Assembly: GCA_964577985.1 (NCBI GenBank)
Contig: CAZOAR010000006.1
Span: 10,459 to 74,458 of the forward strand
Direction of reading: 5' to 3'
Source of the DNA: an uncultured Gemmatimonadota bacterium
GTDB lineage: Bacteria; Gemmatimonadota; CAZMKB01; CAZNLH01
DNA length: 64,000 nucleotides
Part shown: one piece after another, positions 48,807 to 60,206 of the stretch
How the letters are laid out: each line of letters opens with the position of its first letter
How positions within the stretch are numbered: the first letter of the stretch is position 1
Notes under the pieces: model-generated
Databases searched by the model: none
What the model saw: the letters and a program-made list of their open reading frames with translations, nothing else
What the model was told of the DNA's origin: nothing
Program-made: the position numbers and the translations under genes

Positions 48807-49799
48807 TCACCATCTGATCAGCGCCGACGCCCACGTCACCCCACCACCTGCCGCGGCAAGAAGAATGTTGTCTCCCTTCTTTATCGCTCCCGTTTCCAGC
48901 GCCTCTGACATGGCGATAGGGATAGACGCTGCCGACGTATTGCCGTACTGGTCGATGTTGACGTAGATCTTCTCTCTGGGAAGTTTCAATCGCTTGGCCG
49001 TCGCGTCAATTATGCGGATATTTGCCTGATGAGGTATAAAGAGATCTACATCAGACGGCTCCAGTCCGGCCAGCTTCAGGACTTCGAATGCGGCATCTTC
49101 CATCCCCCTTGTAGCGTACTTGAACAACTCATTCCCCATCATCTTTATATAGTGAAGCTGCTGCTCCACAGTATCACGTGTGGCAGGTTTGCGTGACCCC
49201 CCGGCTGGCATCTTGAGTATACGAGTCAACCGCCCGTCACTTTTCAGATACGTTGCCAGGATCCTTCTCCCCTCGGGGGGATTTCCGATGATGGCTGCTC
49301 CCGCGCCGTCACCGAAGAGAACACAGGTGCTCCGGTCGGTAAAATCACATATCTTCGTCAACGTCTCGGCACCGATTAAAAGGACTCTCTCATATTGTCC
49401 CATGTTTACCAGACCCCGGACCAGGGCCATTCCATAAAGAAAACCGGAGCAGGCGGCACTGACGTCAAAAGCCGCCGCGTTCCCGGCATCCAGAAGTTCC
49501 TGCACGGTGCAGGCAGCGGCCGGAAAGGGATAGTCTGGCGTGGCAGTTGCGAGAACGATCATGTCCAGGTCACCGCTGCACATGCCGGCATTCTTGAGTG
49601 CCACCCTGCCCGCCTCGGCGGCAAGATCCGACGTGGCGGTCAATTCATTCGCGACTCGTCTCTCCCTGATTCCGGTTCGGCTCGTGATCCATTCGTCCGA
49701 CGTATCTACGAGCTTTTCCATATCGTGATTCGTCATCACCCGGTCCGGCACAGCCATCCCCAGCGAAATGATACCGGCAGCGTTCTCCACTTCAGCCAT
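48807..49799 (-). CDS. fabH: 3-oxoacyl-ACP synthase III
   Basis: KAS III active Cys (AACSGFLYG) and C-terminal AAGGGVTWAS. Confidence 0.9.
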   Translation of the reverse strand: MAEVENAAGIISLGMAVPDRVMTNHDMEKLVDTSDEWITSRTGIRERRVANELTATSDLAAEAGRVALKNAGMCSGDLDMIVLATATPDYPFPAAACTVQELLDAGNAAAFDVSAACSGFLYGMALVRGLVNMGQYERVLLIGAETLTKICDFTDRSTCVLFGDGAGAAIIGNPPEGRRILATYLKSDGRLTRILKMPAGGSRKPATRDTVEQQLHYIKMMGNELFKYATRGMEDAAFEVLKLAGLEPSDVDLFIPHQANIRIIDATAKRLKLPREKIYVNIDQYGNTSAASIPIAMSEALETGAIKKGDNILLAAAGGGVTWASALIRW

Positions 49800-50808
49800 T
49801 CTCTACATACTCCTTCAGAATATTGCGGATGTTGTCGTTAATATCTCGCTTCACCGACAGTCTTGCCGTGTTGATCGCGTTCCGGATAGCCTTTGGAGAT
49901 GAACTACCATGGCAGATAACAGACACGCCTCCAACGCCCAGAAGCGGAGCACCACCATATTCTTCATAGTTGAGATCTCTCTTCATCATGTCGAAGGTCG
50001 GCTTCATCAGGAGAGCACCGAAACGCCTGAGGGGACTGAGAGCCGTCCCATTCCTGATCATCGACATAACAAGAGAAACGACACTCTCGCTCAGTTTAAG
50101 TATAACATTCCCTACGAAGCCATCACACACTACTACATCAGCCCGTCCTTTGATGATGTCACCGCCCTCCACGTTTCCGACGAAGTTCAGGTGGCTGTCT
50201 CGCAACAACTTGTGGGCCTTCACCGTCAACTCGTCACCTTTCGTGGGTTCCTCACCGATGCTCAGTAATCCAACCTTCGGGTTCTCCCGGTTCAGGAATT
50301 TCCGGGCGTGCACGTCCGCCATTATGGCGAAGTGCAAGAGATGAATCGGCCTGCTGTCCACATTTGCGCCGGCATCAAGAACGATACACGGATCTCTCAT
50401 CGTAGGGAACACGGTCATGATCGCCGGCCGACTGATGCCTCTGATTCTTCCGAGCGTCAGAAGAGACTGGGTCATGACAGCACCGGTATTTCCTGCGCTG
50501 ATGAAGGCGTCGGCGTTTCCATCCTTCTGCAGTTGCAGGCCTACGGATATTGATGAACCTTTCTTTTTCTTAAGGGCTTGAGCCGGCGACTCGCTCATCT
50601 CAATAACCTGGGGGGCGTGTACGACGGAGAGGCGTGAATCAGAAAAATGCCTGCATCTCAGTTCTTCCTCTATCCGTCCCTTATCACCCACCAGAATTAT
50701 CTCAAAATCACCGTCGAACCTGTTGATTGCCTCGATGGCACCTTCAACTGGTGTCTCCGGTATCCTGTCACCACCCATCGCATCCAGGACAATTTTCATC
50801 CCGTTCAC
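49792..50808 (-). CDS. plsX: Phosphate acyltransferase
   Basis: PlsX family (IVLDAMGGD ... GNVILK). Confidence 0.9.
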   Translation of the reverse strand: MNGMKIVLDAMGGDRIPETPVEGAIEAINRFDGDFEIILVGDKGRIEEELRCRHFSDSRLSVVHAPQVIEMSESPAQALKKKKGSSISVGLQLQKDGNADAFISAGNTGAVMTQSLLTLGRIRGISRPAIMTVFPTMRDPCIVLDAGANVDSRPIHLLHFAIMADVHARKFLNRENPKVGLLSIGEEPTKGDELTVKAHKLLRDSHLNFVGNVEGGDIIKGRADVVVCDGFVGNVILKLSESVVSLVMSMIRNGTALSPLRRFGALLMKPTFDMMKRDLNYEEYGGAPLLGVGGVSVICHGSSSPKAIRNAINTARLSVKRDINDNIRNILKEYVENG

Positions 50809-50854
50809 CTCTGGCGGGAAGTCAACTCGCGGTCATGACGCAACAACTGCGAGA

Positions 50855-51040
50855 CTAGGATAACTCCTCCACCTCCACAACCAAACGGCCCTTGTAGTAT
50901 CCGCAATGCTGGCAGACACTGTGAGATTCCTTCGGCTGCCTGCACTGGGAGCATAGCGACGTGGTAGGCGCTGAAAGACTGTGATGAGTCCTTCTCTTTC
51001 TCTTTTTACTCTTTGATGTTCTTCTTCTTGGTACTGCCAT
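50855..51040 (-). CDS. rpmF: 50S ribosomal protein L32
   Basis: MAVPRRRTSKSKKRKRR and a C-terminal CxxC ... CxxC zinc ribbon. Confidence 0.85.
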   Translation of the reverse strand: MAVPRRRTSKSKKRKRRTHHSLSAPTTSLCSQCRQPKESHSVCQHCGYYKGRLVVEVEELS

Positions 51041-51042
51041 TT

Positions 51043-51519
51043 TCAGTCCATACAGTTACAGGTTTCGCTGTTCAGATCCACCCCGCATCCAGGGCACAAC
51101 CCCTTGCACTCTTCTTTGCAGAGGGGATGCGCGGGCAGATTCAGAATGAAATGTTCCCTCAGCACATCTTCCATGTCGAGCCACTCCTGGGTCGGCCTGA
51201 TATGGAGAACGTCGTCATCCACCGATTCGTTATCGTCTTTTCCCTCACGCCTTACCACAACCGTCGTGAAAACGGCCTGGATCTTCTCCGTGAAGATCTC
51301 CAGACAGCGCCGGCATGTCAATATGACCGGCACGCTCATCTGACACGCAAGTATAAAGAGGTTCTCTTCCCTCTTCTCGATCGTGCCCTCTAACGTTCCT
51401 TCACTTTCCAGGGCTATGTCAAGTTCACTAAAAAAGGGAATATCCCCCGAAAAAGCCATTTCCAGTGGGTTGATCCCCTCACTGAGTCTGAGCAAATCGA
51501 TCTTGAACATTTTGCGCAA
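51043..51519 (-). CDS. yceD: YceD/DUF177 family protein (large ribosomal subunit accumulation protein)
   Basis: DUF177 with C-terminal CPGCG ... CNC. Conserved position upstream of rpmF. Start may be the ATG at 51510. Confidence 0.75.
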   Translation of the reverse strand: MRKMFKIDLLRLSEGINPLEMAFSGDIPFFSELDIALESEGTLEGTIEKREENLFILACQMSVPVILTCRRCLEIFTEKIQAVFTTVVVRREGKDDNESVDDDVLHIRPTQEWLDMEDVLREHFILNLPAHPLCKEECKGLCPGCGVDLNSETCNCMD

Positions 51520-51520
51520 T

Positions 51521-51548
51521 ATTATATATTTTCATGGACTTTGTCAAG
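51521..51548 (-). promoter_or_regulatory. Probable sigma70 promoter for the yceD-rpmF-plsX-fab operon (-35 TTGACA, -10 TATAAT/TAATAT)
   Basis: Minus-strand read: TTGACAaagtccatgaaaataTATAATatt immediately upstream of the yceD start. Confidence 0.4.
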
Positions 51549-51572
51549 GATTAGCGCAGCAGCACACAGCGA

Positions 51573-51998
51573 TCAGCCGCCGCGAATCGCCTCCAGGCGG
51601 CAGAAAAAAAACGGGATTTCAACACCTGCGGATTCCAATGAGTCGGAGGCATGAATGGCGTTTCTCTCCTTGCTTTCAGCAAAATCCGCACGGATCGTTC
51701 CAGCCTCGGCCTCCTGAGGGTCAGTGGCTCCAATGGCTCTCCTCAAGTCGGCTATGGCGTTATCCTTCTCGAGCAGGAGAGCCACTATTTCGCCGCTCGA
51801 CATGAAATCAACGAGCGGATCAAAAAACGATTTTCCCCTGTGCACTTCATAGAAGATTTTCGCTTCCTCTCTCGACAATCGTTCTCTTCTCGAACAAACA
51901 ACTCTGAATCCGTTCGATTCGAGCCGATCGATAATCTCCTTGTCATGATTCCTGCCGACAGCGTCCGGCTTGATCACAGCCAACGTACATTCAAGCAT
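51573..51998 (-). CDS. ndk: Nucleoside diphosphate kinase
   Basis: NDK fold with active-site NAIHASD. Confidence 0.9.
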   Translation of the reverse strand: MLECTLAVIKPDAVGRNHDKEIIDRLESNGFRVVCSRRERLSREEAKIFYEVHRGKSFFDPLVDFMSSGEIVALLLEKDNAIADLRRAIGATDPQEAEAGTIRADFAESKERNAIHASDSLESAGVEIPFFFCRLEAIRGG

Positions 51999-52111
51999 CT
52001 AAAGACCCCCTTCAAGTGCACTCCAGCACATTCAATCCCTGGATAGCGGCTCGGGCGACTCATCCGCAGGAAGAAGAGGCTGTAAGTAATTTCCTCTCCT
52101 GCAGCAGAGTG

Positions 52112-52990
52112 TCACACAAACCAGCCACGAAGCACCTTGCTGATGATGTCCTGCAGCGAGATGATCCCCACCAGCTTTCCCTCCGTGACCACCGGGATTC
52201 TCCTGACTTTCTTGTTGACCATCAATGTGGCGACCTCGGTGATCGGTGTGTCTTCAGAAACACACATGACACTCCTCGCCATAAAGTCCTTGACCTTGCA
52301 TCGTTCTCCTATATCACCACGGGTGGACGATTCAATCTCTCTCTGGTCTGATTCACCCATGGTCGCCATCAACTCCGGAATAAAAACGCCAACGAGATCA
52401 GATTCCGTAATTACTCCGAGTACTTTCCCATTCGAATCGGTCACGACAAGGCCACCCATCCCTTCGAAAACCATTAATTCTACAACATCATTCAGCGTCG
52501 CCTCGCTGTCTACCGAGATGGGCTTCCTGCGCATCACGTCCTTCACTTCAATCCTCGGATTCACTATTACCGACGATGACTCCAGGGCGGCGATGAAATC
52601 GTTAGCGTTTCTCGACAGTTTGATACGTTTCAGGAGTTCATGATCTCCCGCCATCGAACGGAGGGCGGCGGCGACCTGCAGGTAGAACTTCGGCGCCATT
52701 CCGGGTGTTGATAGGAGGAACATAAGGACACCAGTTTTCCCCCCCATCAATGTTGCCGCAAGGCGTGAATCGCCAATTTCAGGAATAGTCAGATGAAACA
52801 TCGAGACGTTGCTGCCAAGACTCAATCCTCCTCTCTGAATCTGAGGATTCAGCTTTTCAAGAAGTCTTTCTCTGTCCACTGTATCCCCTGAAATCAGGAG
52901 GTCCAACAACTCCACGGCGGATTTCCCTGTGGGGGAAACCTCCTGAGAAATTGTTATCAGTCCCTCTTCAAGCAATGAAACCAGCTTCAT
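52112..52990 (-). CDS. Two-domain protein: PTS EIIA(Ntr/Fru)-like N-terminal domain fused to a tandem CBS pair
   Basis: N-terminal roughly 150 aa resembles the PTS_EIIA_2 fold (possible active His in SMFHLTIPE). The C-terminus has two CBS motifs (VKDVMRRKPISV ... GVITESDL and VKDFMARSVMCV ... GIISLQDI). Confidence 0.45.
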   Translation of the reverse strand: MKLVSLLEEGLITISQEVSPTGKSAVELLDLLISGDTVDRERLLEKLNPQIQRGGLSLGSNVSMFHLTIPEIGDSRLAATLMGGKTGVLMFLLSTPGMAPKFYLQVAAALRSMAGDHELLKRIKLSRNANDFIAALESSSVIVNPRIEVKDVMRRKPISVDSEATLNDVVELMVFEGMGGLVVTDSNGKVLGVITESDLVGVFIPELMATMGESDQREIESSTRGDIGERCKVKDFMARSVMCVSEDTPITEVATLMVNKKVRRIPVVTEGKLVGIISLQDIISKVLRGWFV

Positions 52991-53094
52991 TATCTATCAC
53001 CCTCGCTCTCATCAGGCAACCGGTTTGTTCGGGTGTGGATCCACCGCGGGTCATCCAATATCCTCCCGGACCCGGATAGCAAATACAGCACTCC

Positions 53095-53961
53095 CTACAA
53101 TTGAGCCGCCAGAAGGCCCGCTATTTCATCGGGTTTTTCAGCAACACGAACACCCGCCTGTTCGAATGCTTCCACTTTCTCCTGTGCCGTTCCGCTGGAA
53201 CCCTGGATAATCGCGCCCGCATGCCCCATCCGCTTGCCCGGAGGGGCGGTCCGTCCCGTTATAAAACCCACGACCGGTTTTTTCATCTTCCTTTCGACAA
53301 ACGACGCCGCTTTTTGTTCGTCATTGCCGCCAATCTCACCGATCAGTACAACCGCGGCTGTCTCGGCATCCTCCTCAAACAGCTCGAGACAATCGATAAA
53401 ATTAGTCCCGATTATCGAATCTCCGCCAATCCCGACACATGTCGATTGGCCGAGGCCCGCGGAGGTAAGCTGAAAAACGATCTCATAAGTGAGGGTCCCA
53501 CTGCGTGAGATAACTCCAACCGCACCCTTCTTGAATATGTGACCGGGCAGTATCCCAACCTTCGATTTGCCCGGACTGATTACACCCGGGCAGTTGGGGC
53601 CTATCAGCGTCGCTCCCTGCTGCTTGACATAATGGTAGACTCTCGTCATCTCCAGCGCCGGGATTCCCTCGGTTATACACACGATATGCTCTATTCCGGC
53701 GGATGCCGCCTCACATACCGCGTCCGCCGCGAACGGAGGTGGTACGTAAACGATCGATGTGTTGGCGGAGGTCTCATCAACCGCCTGCTGCACCGTGTCA
53801 AAAACGGGGACCCCTTCAAACTGCTCCCCTCCCTTGCCGGGTGTGACGCCGGCCACCACCCTGGTACCATAGTCTATCATCTGGCGCGTGTGAAAGGAAC
53901 CATCCCTTCCTGTTATCCCCTGCACGAGAAGCCTTGTATTCTCATCAACAAAAATGCTCAC
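53095..53961 (-). CDS. sucD: Succinyl-CoA synthetase alpha subunit
   Basis: Motifs [21 protein letters not shown], phospho-His region. GTG start at 53961 preceded by GGAGG gives [11 protein letters not shown], matching E. coli MSILIDKNTK; the ORF track extends to 54120. Confidence 0.9.
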   Translation of the reverse strand: MSIFVDENTRLLVQGITGRDGSFHTRQMIDYGTRVVAGVTPGKGGEQFEGVPVFDTVQQAVDETSANTSIVYVPPPFAADAVCEAASAGIEHIVCITEGIPALEMTRVYHYVKQQGATLIGPNCPGVISPGKSKVGILPGHIFKKGAVGVISRSGTLTYEIVFQLTSAGLGQSTCVGIGGDSIIGTNFIDCLELFEEDAETAAVVLIGEIGGNDEQKAASFVERKMKKPVVGFITGRTAPPGKRMGHAGAIIQGSSGTAQEKVEAFEQAGVRVAEKPDEIAGLLAAQL

Positions 53962-54049
53962 TGATACCTCCAATTCATAATTCAACATCCCGGATGCGGC
54001 GGTGCGGGGAGGTCTGCGCTGTCCGCGAGATCTCCCGCGCCGCTGCCGC

Positions 54050-55186
54050 TCAGTCCCCTGAAACTGCCTCAACCGCACCTCTAACCGCGTCATCCATTGA
54101 ATTAGTCGCGGACAGGCCAAGGCCTTTCAGGATCTCTATTCCTTCTTTTTCGTTGGTTCCGGTAAGACGTATGACGATCGGAGCCTTGATCTCCTTCGCG
54201 GCCAGAAACTCCTTGACCCCAACGGCCACATCATCGCATCTCGTAATACCTCCGAATATGTTCAACAGTATCGATTTAACTCCTGTATCCGAGCATATTA
54301 TCTTAAGCGCGGTCGTGACTTTCTCCGGGCTCGAACTCCCCCCTATGTCGAGAAAATTGGCAGGCGCACCTCCATGATACTTGATCAGGTCCATGGTCGC
54401 CATGGCAAGGCCGGCCCCGTTGACTACGCACCCCACGTTTCCATCGAGCTTCACATAGCTCAGATCTCTCTCCCTCGCCATCTTCTCTGTCACGGACAGG
54501 TCTTCCTTCTCCCTTAGCGCGCGAAGTTCCTCATGTCTGTACAGAGCGTTATCGTCTATAGTGATCTTGGCGTCGATCGCCCAGACCTCGCCCGATTCGT
54601 TCACTATCAGAGGATTGATCTCTACGAGAGAGGTGTCTTCACCCTGCATGAGACGGTACATGCCTGCAGCGACCCTTGCTATCTGCCTTGAGACGCCGGC
54701 ATCGGTGTTGAGGTGGTACGCTATGGATCGGGCCTGGAACGGGAGAATACCATATCTGGGATCAATCGGCCATTTGGTGATCTTTTCAGGGGAGGTTGCA
54801 GCTACCTCTTCGATGTCCACTCCTCCCTCCCGGCTCACAATGAACATCGGTCCTTTCGACTCTCTCTCGACGAGGAGGCTGATGTAGAATTCCTCGGAGA
54901 TATCAACCGCGTCGGCAACAAACAGCTCGTTGACCCTGTAGCCCTTGATTTCCATCCCCAGGATCTTCCTGGCGGCTTCTTCCGCTTCTTCCGCGTTGGA
55001 GGCCAGCTTCACACCACCCGCTTTTCCTCTTCCTCCTGTGTGGACCTGGGCCTTTACGACCACTCTGCCCTTCATTCTGCGCGCCGCATCCCCGACTTCC
55101 TGTACTGTTGTCGCAACCTCCCCATCCGGCACGGGGACGCCATACTCAGACAGGAGTTTTCTTGCCTGGTACTCATAGAGTTTCAT
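54050..55186 (-). CDS. sucC: Succinyl-CoA synthetase beta subunit
   Basis: [23 protein letters not shown]-grasp N-terminus. Start at MKLYEY. Confidence 0.9.
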   Translation of the reverse strand: MKLYEYQARKLLSEYGVPVPDGEVATTVQEVGDAARRMKGRVVVKAQVHTGGRGKAGGVKLASNAEEAEEAARKILGMEIKGYRVNELFVADAVDISEEFYISLLVERESKGPMFIVSREGGVDIEEVAATSPEKITKWPIDPRYGILPFQARSIAYHLNTDAGVSRQIARVAAGMYRLMQGEDTSLVEINPLIVNESGEVWAIDAKITIDDNALYRHEELRALREKEDLSVTEKMARERDLSYVKLDGNVGCVVNGAGLAMATMDLIKYHGGAPANFLDIGGSSSPEKVTTALKIICSDTGVKSILLNIFGGITRCDDVAVGVKEFLAAKEIKAPIVIRLTGTNEKEGIEILKGLGLSATNSMDDAVRGAVEAVSGD

Positions 55187-55243
55187 CGCTCCTCCAACAT
55201 TTTTGCACAAGTAATTGTCCCGACATGCGGAACTCAGTAACGA

Positions 55244-56194
55244 TCAATCCAGTACGATTTGTGTCCCGGCTTTCCCCTCAACGGCCTCAAATGCCTCACC
55301 TATGCCGGCTATAGCCACGCGCTCGCCCCCCATGCTGAGAAATTCCAGGGCGGCCTCGATCTTAGGCCCCATATTGCTCTCCGGGAAATGCCCTTCGGCG
55401 AAGTATTCGGCCATCTGTGATCTCCCCACCCGGTCGAGATTTCTCTGTTTCGCTGTCCCGTAATCGAGCGCGACCTTTTCGACGTCGGTCAGGATAAGGA
55501 GCAACTGCGCCCCGATCTCGAGGGCCAGAACAGCAGAAGTACGATCCTTATCCACTACCGCGTCAACACCCTCGTACATTCCATCTTCCTGCTGGTAGAC
55601 CGGGATTCCCCCTCCTCCGGCTGTAACGACAATAACCTCGTCTTCCACCAGCCGCTTTATGATTCCGGCGGAGATAATCCGTTCGGGTAGAGGTGAGGGA
55701 ACAACTCTGCGCCAGCCATTCTCGCCATCCTCCTCCATTTTCCAGTTGCGCTCATTTCGGAGGTTGATGGCGTCCTCGAGCGAGTAGTGACCACCCACGA
55801 ACTTGCTTGGATTCCTGACGGAGGGATCATCCCTTTCAACGAGTACCTGCGTCACTACCGTGGCGACGTCTCTCTCCAGGCCTTCGCAATGAAGTCTGTT
55901 CTGCAGAGACTGCTCTATCATATATCCCATGCCACCCGCAACATCAGCAACACATACACCCAGCGGCAATTCCGGCGCCTTACCACGCGCCATTTCGACT
56001 CTCAGCATGGCGTTCCCAACCTGTGGGCCATTACCATGAGTAATGACGGGGCGATAACCTGCACGAACGAGTTCCACAACACCGGAGAGGCTCTCTCGAG
56101 TGTGTCGGAACTGGTTCGGGATTGTGTCTATTTCTCCTCCCGGTGAAATCGCGTTGCCGCCGAGTGCGATAACCGCTACATTTTCTCTGGACAT
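55244..56194 (-). CDS. arcC: Carbamate kinase
   Basis: Amino-acid kinase family with the carbamate kinase N-terminus VAVIALGGNAI. Confidence 0.8.
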   Translation of the reverse strand: MSRENVAVIALGGNAISPGGEIDTIPNQFRHTRESLSGVVELVRAGYRPVITHGNGPQVGNAMLRVEMARGKAPELPLGVCVADVAGGMGYMIEQSLQNRLHCEGLERDVATVVTQVLVERDDPSVRNPSKFVGGHYSLEDAINLRNERNWKMEEDGENGWRRVVPSPLPERIISAGIIKRLVEDEVIVVTAGGGGIPVYQQEDGMYEGVDAVVDKDRTSAVLALEIGAQLLLILTDVEKVALDYGTAKQRNLDRVGRSQMAEYFAEGHFPESNMGPKIEAALEFLSMGGERVAIAGIGEAFEAVEGKAGTQIVLD

Positions 56195-56233
56195 GGATCC
56201 GTTCTTCCCAGTGCGATCGACATGCTGGAGAGA

Positions 56234-57565
56234 TCAGAAAGACCCGGAAAGAGCCTCCGTCAGGAAATCTTCCAGGTTCGGACGCCCTATCTCCTGCAGG
56301 TCGTAGCTGATTCGTACGTGAGGATGACGGATATCTATGATCTTGGACAGATCCACCGGCGTTGCGATAATAACGAGGTCGCAATCCGTGTTGTTGATAG
56401 TCTCTGCCAGATCGGCTACCTGGTCTGCACCGTATCCCATGGCGGGAATAAGGGGGCCAATGTCTGGATACTTCTCGAAGGTCTCCTTCAATGTGCCCGC
56501 AAGAAACGGCCTGGGATCCACGAGTTCGGATGCCCCGTATCTCTGGGCCGCTATGACGCCCGCACCGTATCCCATCTCGCCGTGGGTCAGGGTCGGGCCA
56601 TCCTCCACGACAAGGGCTCTCTTGCCATTCACTATCCCGGGGTCGATTATCGTGATCGGAGAGGAAGCTTCTATTATGCGCGCCGTCGGATTGGTCTCCC
56701 TGACATTCTCCGCGACCATGACGACGTCTTCATAATCGGCCGTGTCGACCTTGTTGATAATCACCACATCTGCCATACGGAGGTTGGCCTCGCCCGGATA
56801 ATACATCAACTCATGGCCCGGCCTGTGCGGATCGGCAACCGTAATGTGGACGTCCGGTTTGTAGAAAGGCAGATCATTGTTGCCCCCGTCCCACAGTATA
56901 CAATCGGCCTCCTTCTCGGCGGCGTTCAATATCTGCTGATAATCCACCCCCGCGAAGACAACCGTGCCATTTTCGATATGGGGTTCGTACTCTTCTCTCT
57001 CCTCGATGGTGCATTTCTCTTTGTCCATGTCCTCGACGGAACCGAACCGCTGCACTGCCTGCCGAGCCAGGTCCCCGTATGGCATAGGATGCCTGACAAC
57101 TACGACGCTTTTCCCCATCTTCCTCAGGATATCCGCGACCCTCCTGGTTGTCTGACTCTTGCCGCACCCGGTCCGCACCGCACAGACGCTCACGACAGGC
57201 TTTGAGGAGGAGAGCATCGTTGCCTCTCCGCCGAGGAGCATGAAATTCGCCCCCGCAACTACAATTCTGCTGGCGCAATGCATGATGTACTCGTGCGAGA
57301 CATCGCTGTAGGAGAAGACCACGAGCTCGACATTCCTGCTCTTTATAAGATCCGTCAATTCATGTTCAGCCAGGATCGGGACCCCGTCCGGATAGTGTTC
57401 ACCCGCGAGAGACGCGGGATATTGTCTGCCCTCTATGTTCGGTATCTGTGTCGCCGTAAAGGCCAGGACTTCGTACCTTGGATTCTCACGGAAAAAGGAA
57501 TTGAAGTTGTGAAAATCCCTTCCGGCGGCTCCCATGATGACCGTCTTGATCCTCTCCTGATTCAT
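56234..57565 (-). CDS. Uncharacterised two-domain P-loop protein (Rossmann-like N-domain + GCGKS NTPase domain; tentatively cyclic 2,3-diphosphoglycerate synthetase-like)
   Basis: Start at MNQERIKTVIMGAAGRDFHNF with GGAAGGAAGAGG Shine-Dalgarno. P-loop VRTGCGKSQTT followed by DGGNND. No confident family assignment from sequence alone. Confidence 0.35.
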   Translation of the reverse strand: MNQERIKTVIMGAAGRDFHNFNSFFRENPRYEVLAFTATQIPNIEGRQYPASLAGEHYPDGVPILAEHELTDLIKSRNVELVVFSYSDVSHEYIMHCASRIVVAGANFMLLGGEATMLSSSKPVVSVCAVRTGCGKSQTTRRVADILRKMGKSVVVVRHPMPYGDLARQAVQRFGSVEDMDKEKCTIEEREEYEPHIENGTVVFAGVDYQQILNAAEKEADCILWDGGNNDLPFYKPDVHITVADPHRPGHELMYYPGEANLRMADVVIINKVDTADYEDVVMVAENVRETNPTARIIEASSPITIIDPGIVNGKRALVVEDGPTLTHGEMGYGAGVIAAQRYGASELVDPRPFLAGTLKETFEKYPDIGPLIPAMGYGADQVADLAETINNTDCDLVIIATPVDLSKIIDIRHPHVRISYDLQEIGRPNLEDFLTEALSGSF

Positions 57566-57671
57566 ATCAAACCTCTTCCTTCCAATTAAAAGAACAATCC
57601 CAGACACCGTCCGACTGGTGCCAGCAATTCTTGTCCGGTCTCTACCGATCCCGAGTCCGCCAATGAGGGCA

Positions 57672-59039
57672 CTACATGTTCCCGGCTTCGACCTCGCCAA
57701 TGTCTCTGAGGGCCTGCACTACTTCTCTCTTGATTTCCCTCAATGCAGCTTCATCCGTTGCTTCAAATCTCAATACGAGCACGGGCTGAGTATTCGAAGC
57801 CCTTATCAGTCCCCACCCGTCGCGGAAGATGACCCTGGCGCCATCGACCTCTATCAGTTCGTGGCCTTTGCGAAAATGCTCCTTTATCCGCTCCACGACC
57901 TCAAACTTCCGGTCGTCCGGGCAATCAATACGGATCTCCGGTGTCGAAAAATAACGGGGGACATCGGACAGCAGTTTCGAGAGAGGCACGTCTGTTCTTG
58001 AACATATACCGATCAGGCGAACAGCCGCGTAGACGGCATCATCATATCCGAAGTATTTGTCTGCAAAGAAGATATGGCCGCTCATCTCCCCCGCTATGGC
58101 CGCTCCTTCCTCCTTCATCTTCTTCTTGATGAGAGAGTGCCCCGTACAGCCCATTACAGGTTTGCCACCAAGCCTTTCTATCTCTTCGCTCAAGGCCTGA
58201 GAACATTTCACCTCGAAGACGATGCTGCACGGTTTATCCGCAAGCACTTCCCGGGAAAAAAGGATGAGGAGATGGTCTCCCCAAATGACATTACCCCGCT
58301 CATCCACCGCACCGATTCGATCGGCGTCACCATCGAAAGCTACTCCGAGATCGGCTTCTTCCTCTTTGACCGTGCGTATGAGCGCCTCGAGATTCTCAAT
58401 GATCGTGGGATCCGGATGATGGTTCGGAAAACTGCCGTCAGGCTCGGAATAGAGCTCAACCACATCACAACCGGCGCTTCGGAAAACCTCCGGGGCGACA
58501 AGCCCTCCGGTCCCGTTGCCGGAGTCAACAACAATCTTCATTTTTCTCGCCACATTCATCGCCCCTGCGAGGTAATCCTTGTAAGGGCCAAGGAGGTCGA
58601 GTTCCTCATATCCACCCGATCCGCTCTCGAAGCTGTCCTCTCTGAGAATGGATCCTATCGTCCTTATCTCTTCTCCGTAAAGAGTCGCTTCACCAACCGC
58701 GACTTTGAAGCCGTTATATTCAGGGGGATTGTGGCTACCGGTAATCATCACCCCACCGTCCACGGAGAGCGTGTGAAGCCCGAAATAGAGGCATGGCGTG
58801 GTGATCAGGCCGGCGTCGAGGATAGACACTCCTGCCGCCCTGGCCCCCTTCGAAAAAGCATCGGCAAGCTCGGTAGAACTCAGACGGCAATCACGTCCCA
58901 TCAGCATCACCTCACCGCCGGATCGCTTCAGGTGTGTCCCGCAGGCACGCCCAAGGCCTTCAACCACCGGTATTGTCAAATCCTTACCGACCTCTCCTCG
59001 AATGTCATACTCTCTTATGATGAAAGGGTTATAATCCAC
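57672..59039 (-). CDS. Phosphoglucomutase/phosphomannomutase family protein
   Basis: Active-site Ser loop GSHNPPEYNGFK and metal-binding DGDADRIG. Confidence 0.8.
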   Translation of the reverse strand: MDYNPFIIREYDIRGEVGKDLTIPVVEGLGRACGTHLKRSGGEVMLMGRDCRLSSTELADAFSKGARAAGVSILDAGLITTPCLYFGLHTLSVDGGVMITGSHNPPEYNGFKVAVGEATLYGEEIRTIGSILREDSFESGSGGYEELDLLGPYKDYLAGAMNVARKMKIVVDSGNGTGGLVAPEVFRSAGCDVVELYSEPDGSFPNHHPDPTIIENLEALIRTVKEEEADLGVAFDGDADRIGAVDERGNVIWGDHLLILFSREVLADKPCSIVFEVKCSQALSEEIERLGGKPVMGCTGHSLIKKKMKEEGAAIAGEMSGHIFFADKYFGYDDAVYAAVRLIGICSRTDVPLSKLLSDVPRYFSTPEIRIDCPDDRKFEVVERIKEHFRKGHELIEVDGARVIFRDGWGLIRASNTQPVLVLRFEATDEAALREIKREVVQALRDIGEVEAGNM

Positions 59040-59071
59040 TCACTGCTCCTGAAGACAAGGTGTCACTCTAA

Positions 59072-59108
59072 TGAAGAAAAATCGCCATAGCTGGTCCACT
59101 GTGGCGAT
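59072..59108 (-). terminator. Rho-independent terminator downstream of mdh
   Basis: Minus-strand hairpin ATCGCCAcagtggaccagctaTGGCGAT (7-bp stem) followed by UUUUUCUUC. Confidence 0.5.
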
Positions 59109-59189
59109 CTTCTCCACAAACTTAAGACTCTCATAACTTCAATCGGCCCTCTGCCCTGGCGTCATGTGGCATGGTAGCAGAGAGAAGAC

Positions 59190-60119
<930 letters not shown>

Positions 60120-60206
60120 TCACCTCGCCTGTTAGAATAATTAAATGCTCTCCGACACCGGGAGTGCGATAAATGAAAAAAGAAATGAGATAGGGGATAA
60201 ATCGTC

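Noticed and set aside
52040-52111. Imperfect inverted repeat (GCAGGAAGAAGAGG ... CCTCTCCTGC) downstream of the CBS/EIIA gene as a possible terminator
   Set aside because: The stem has mismatches and is not followed by a U-tract on the transcribed strand.
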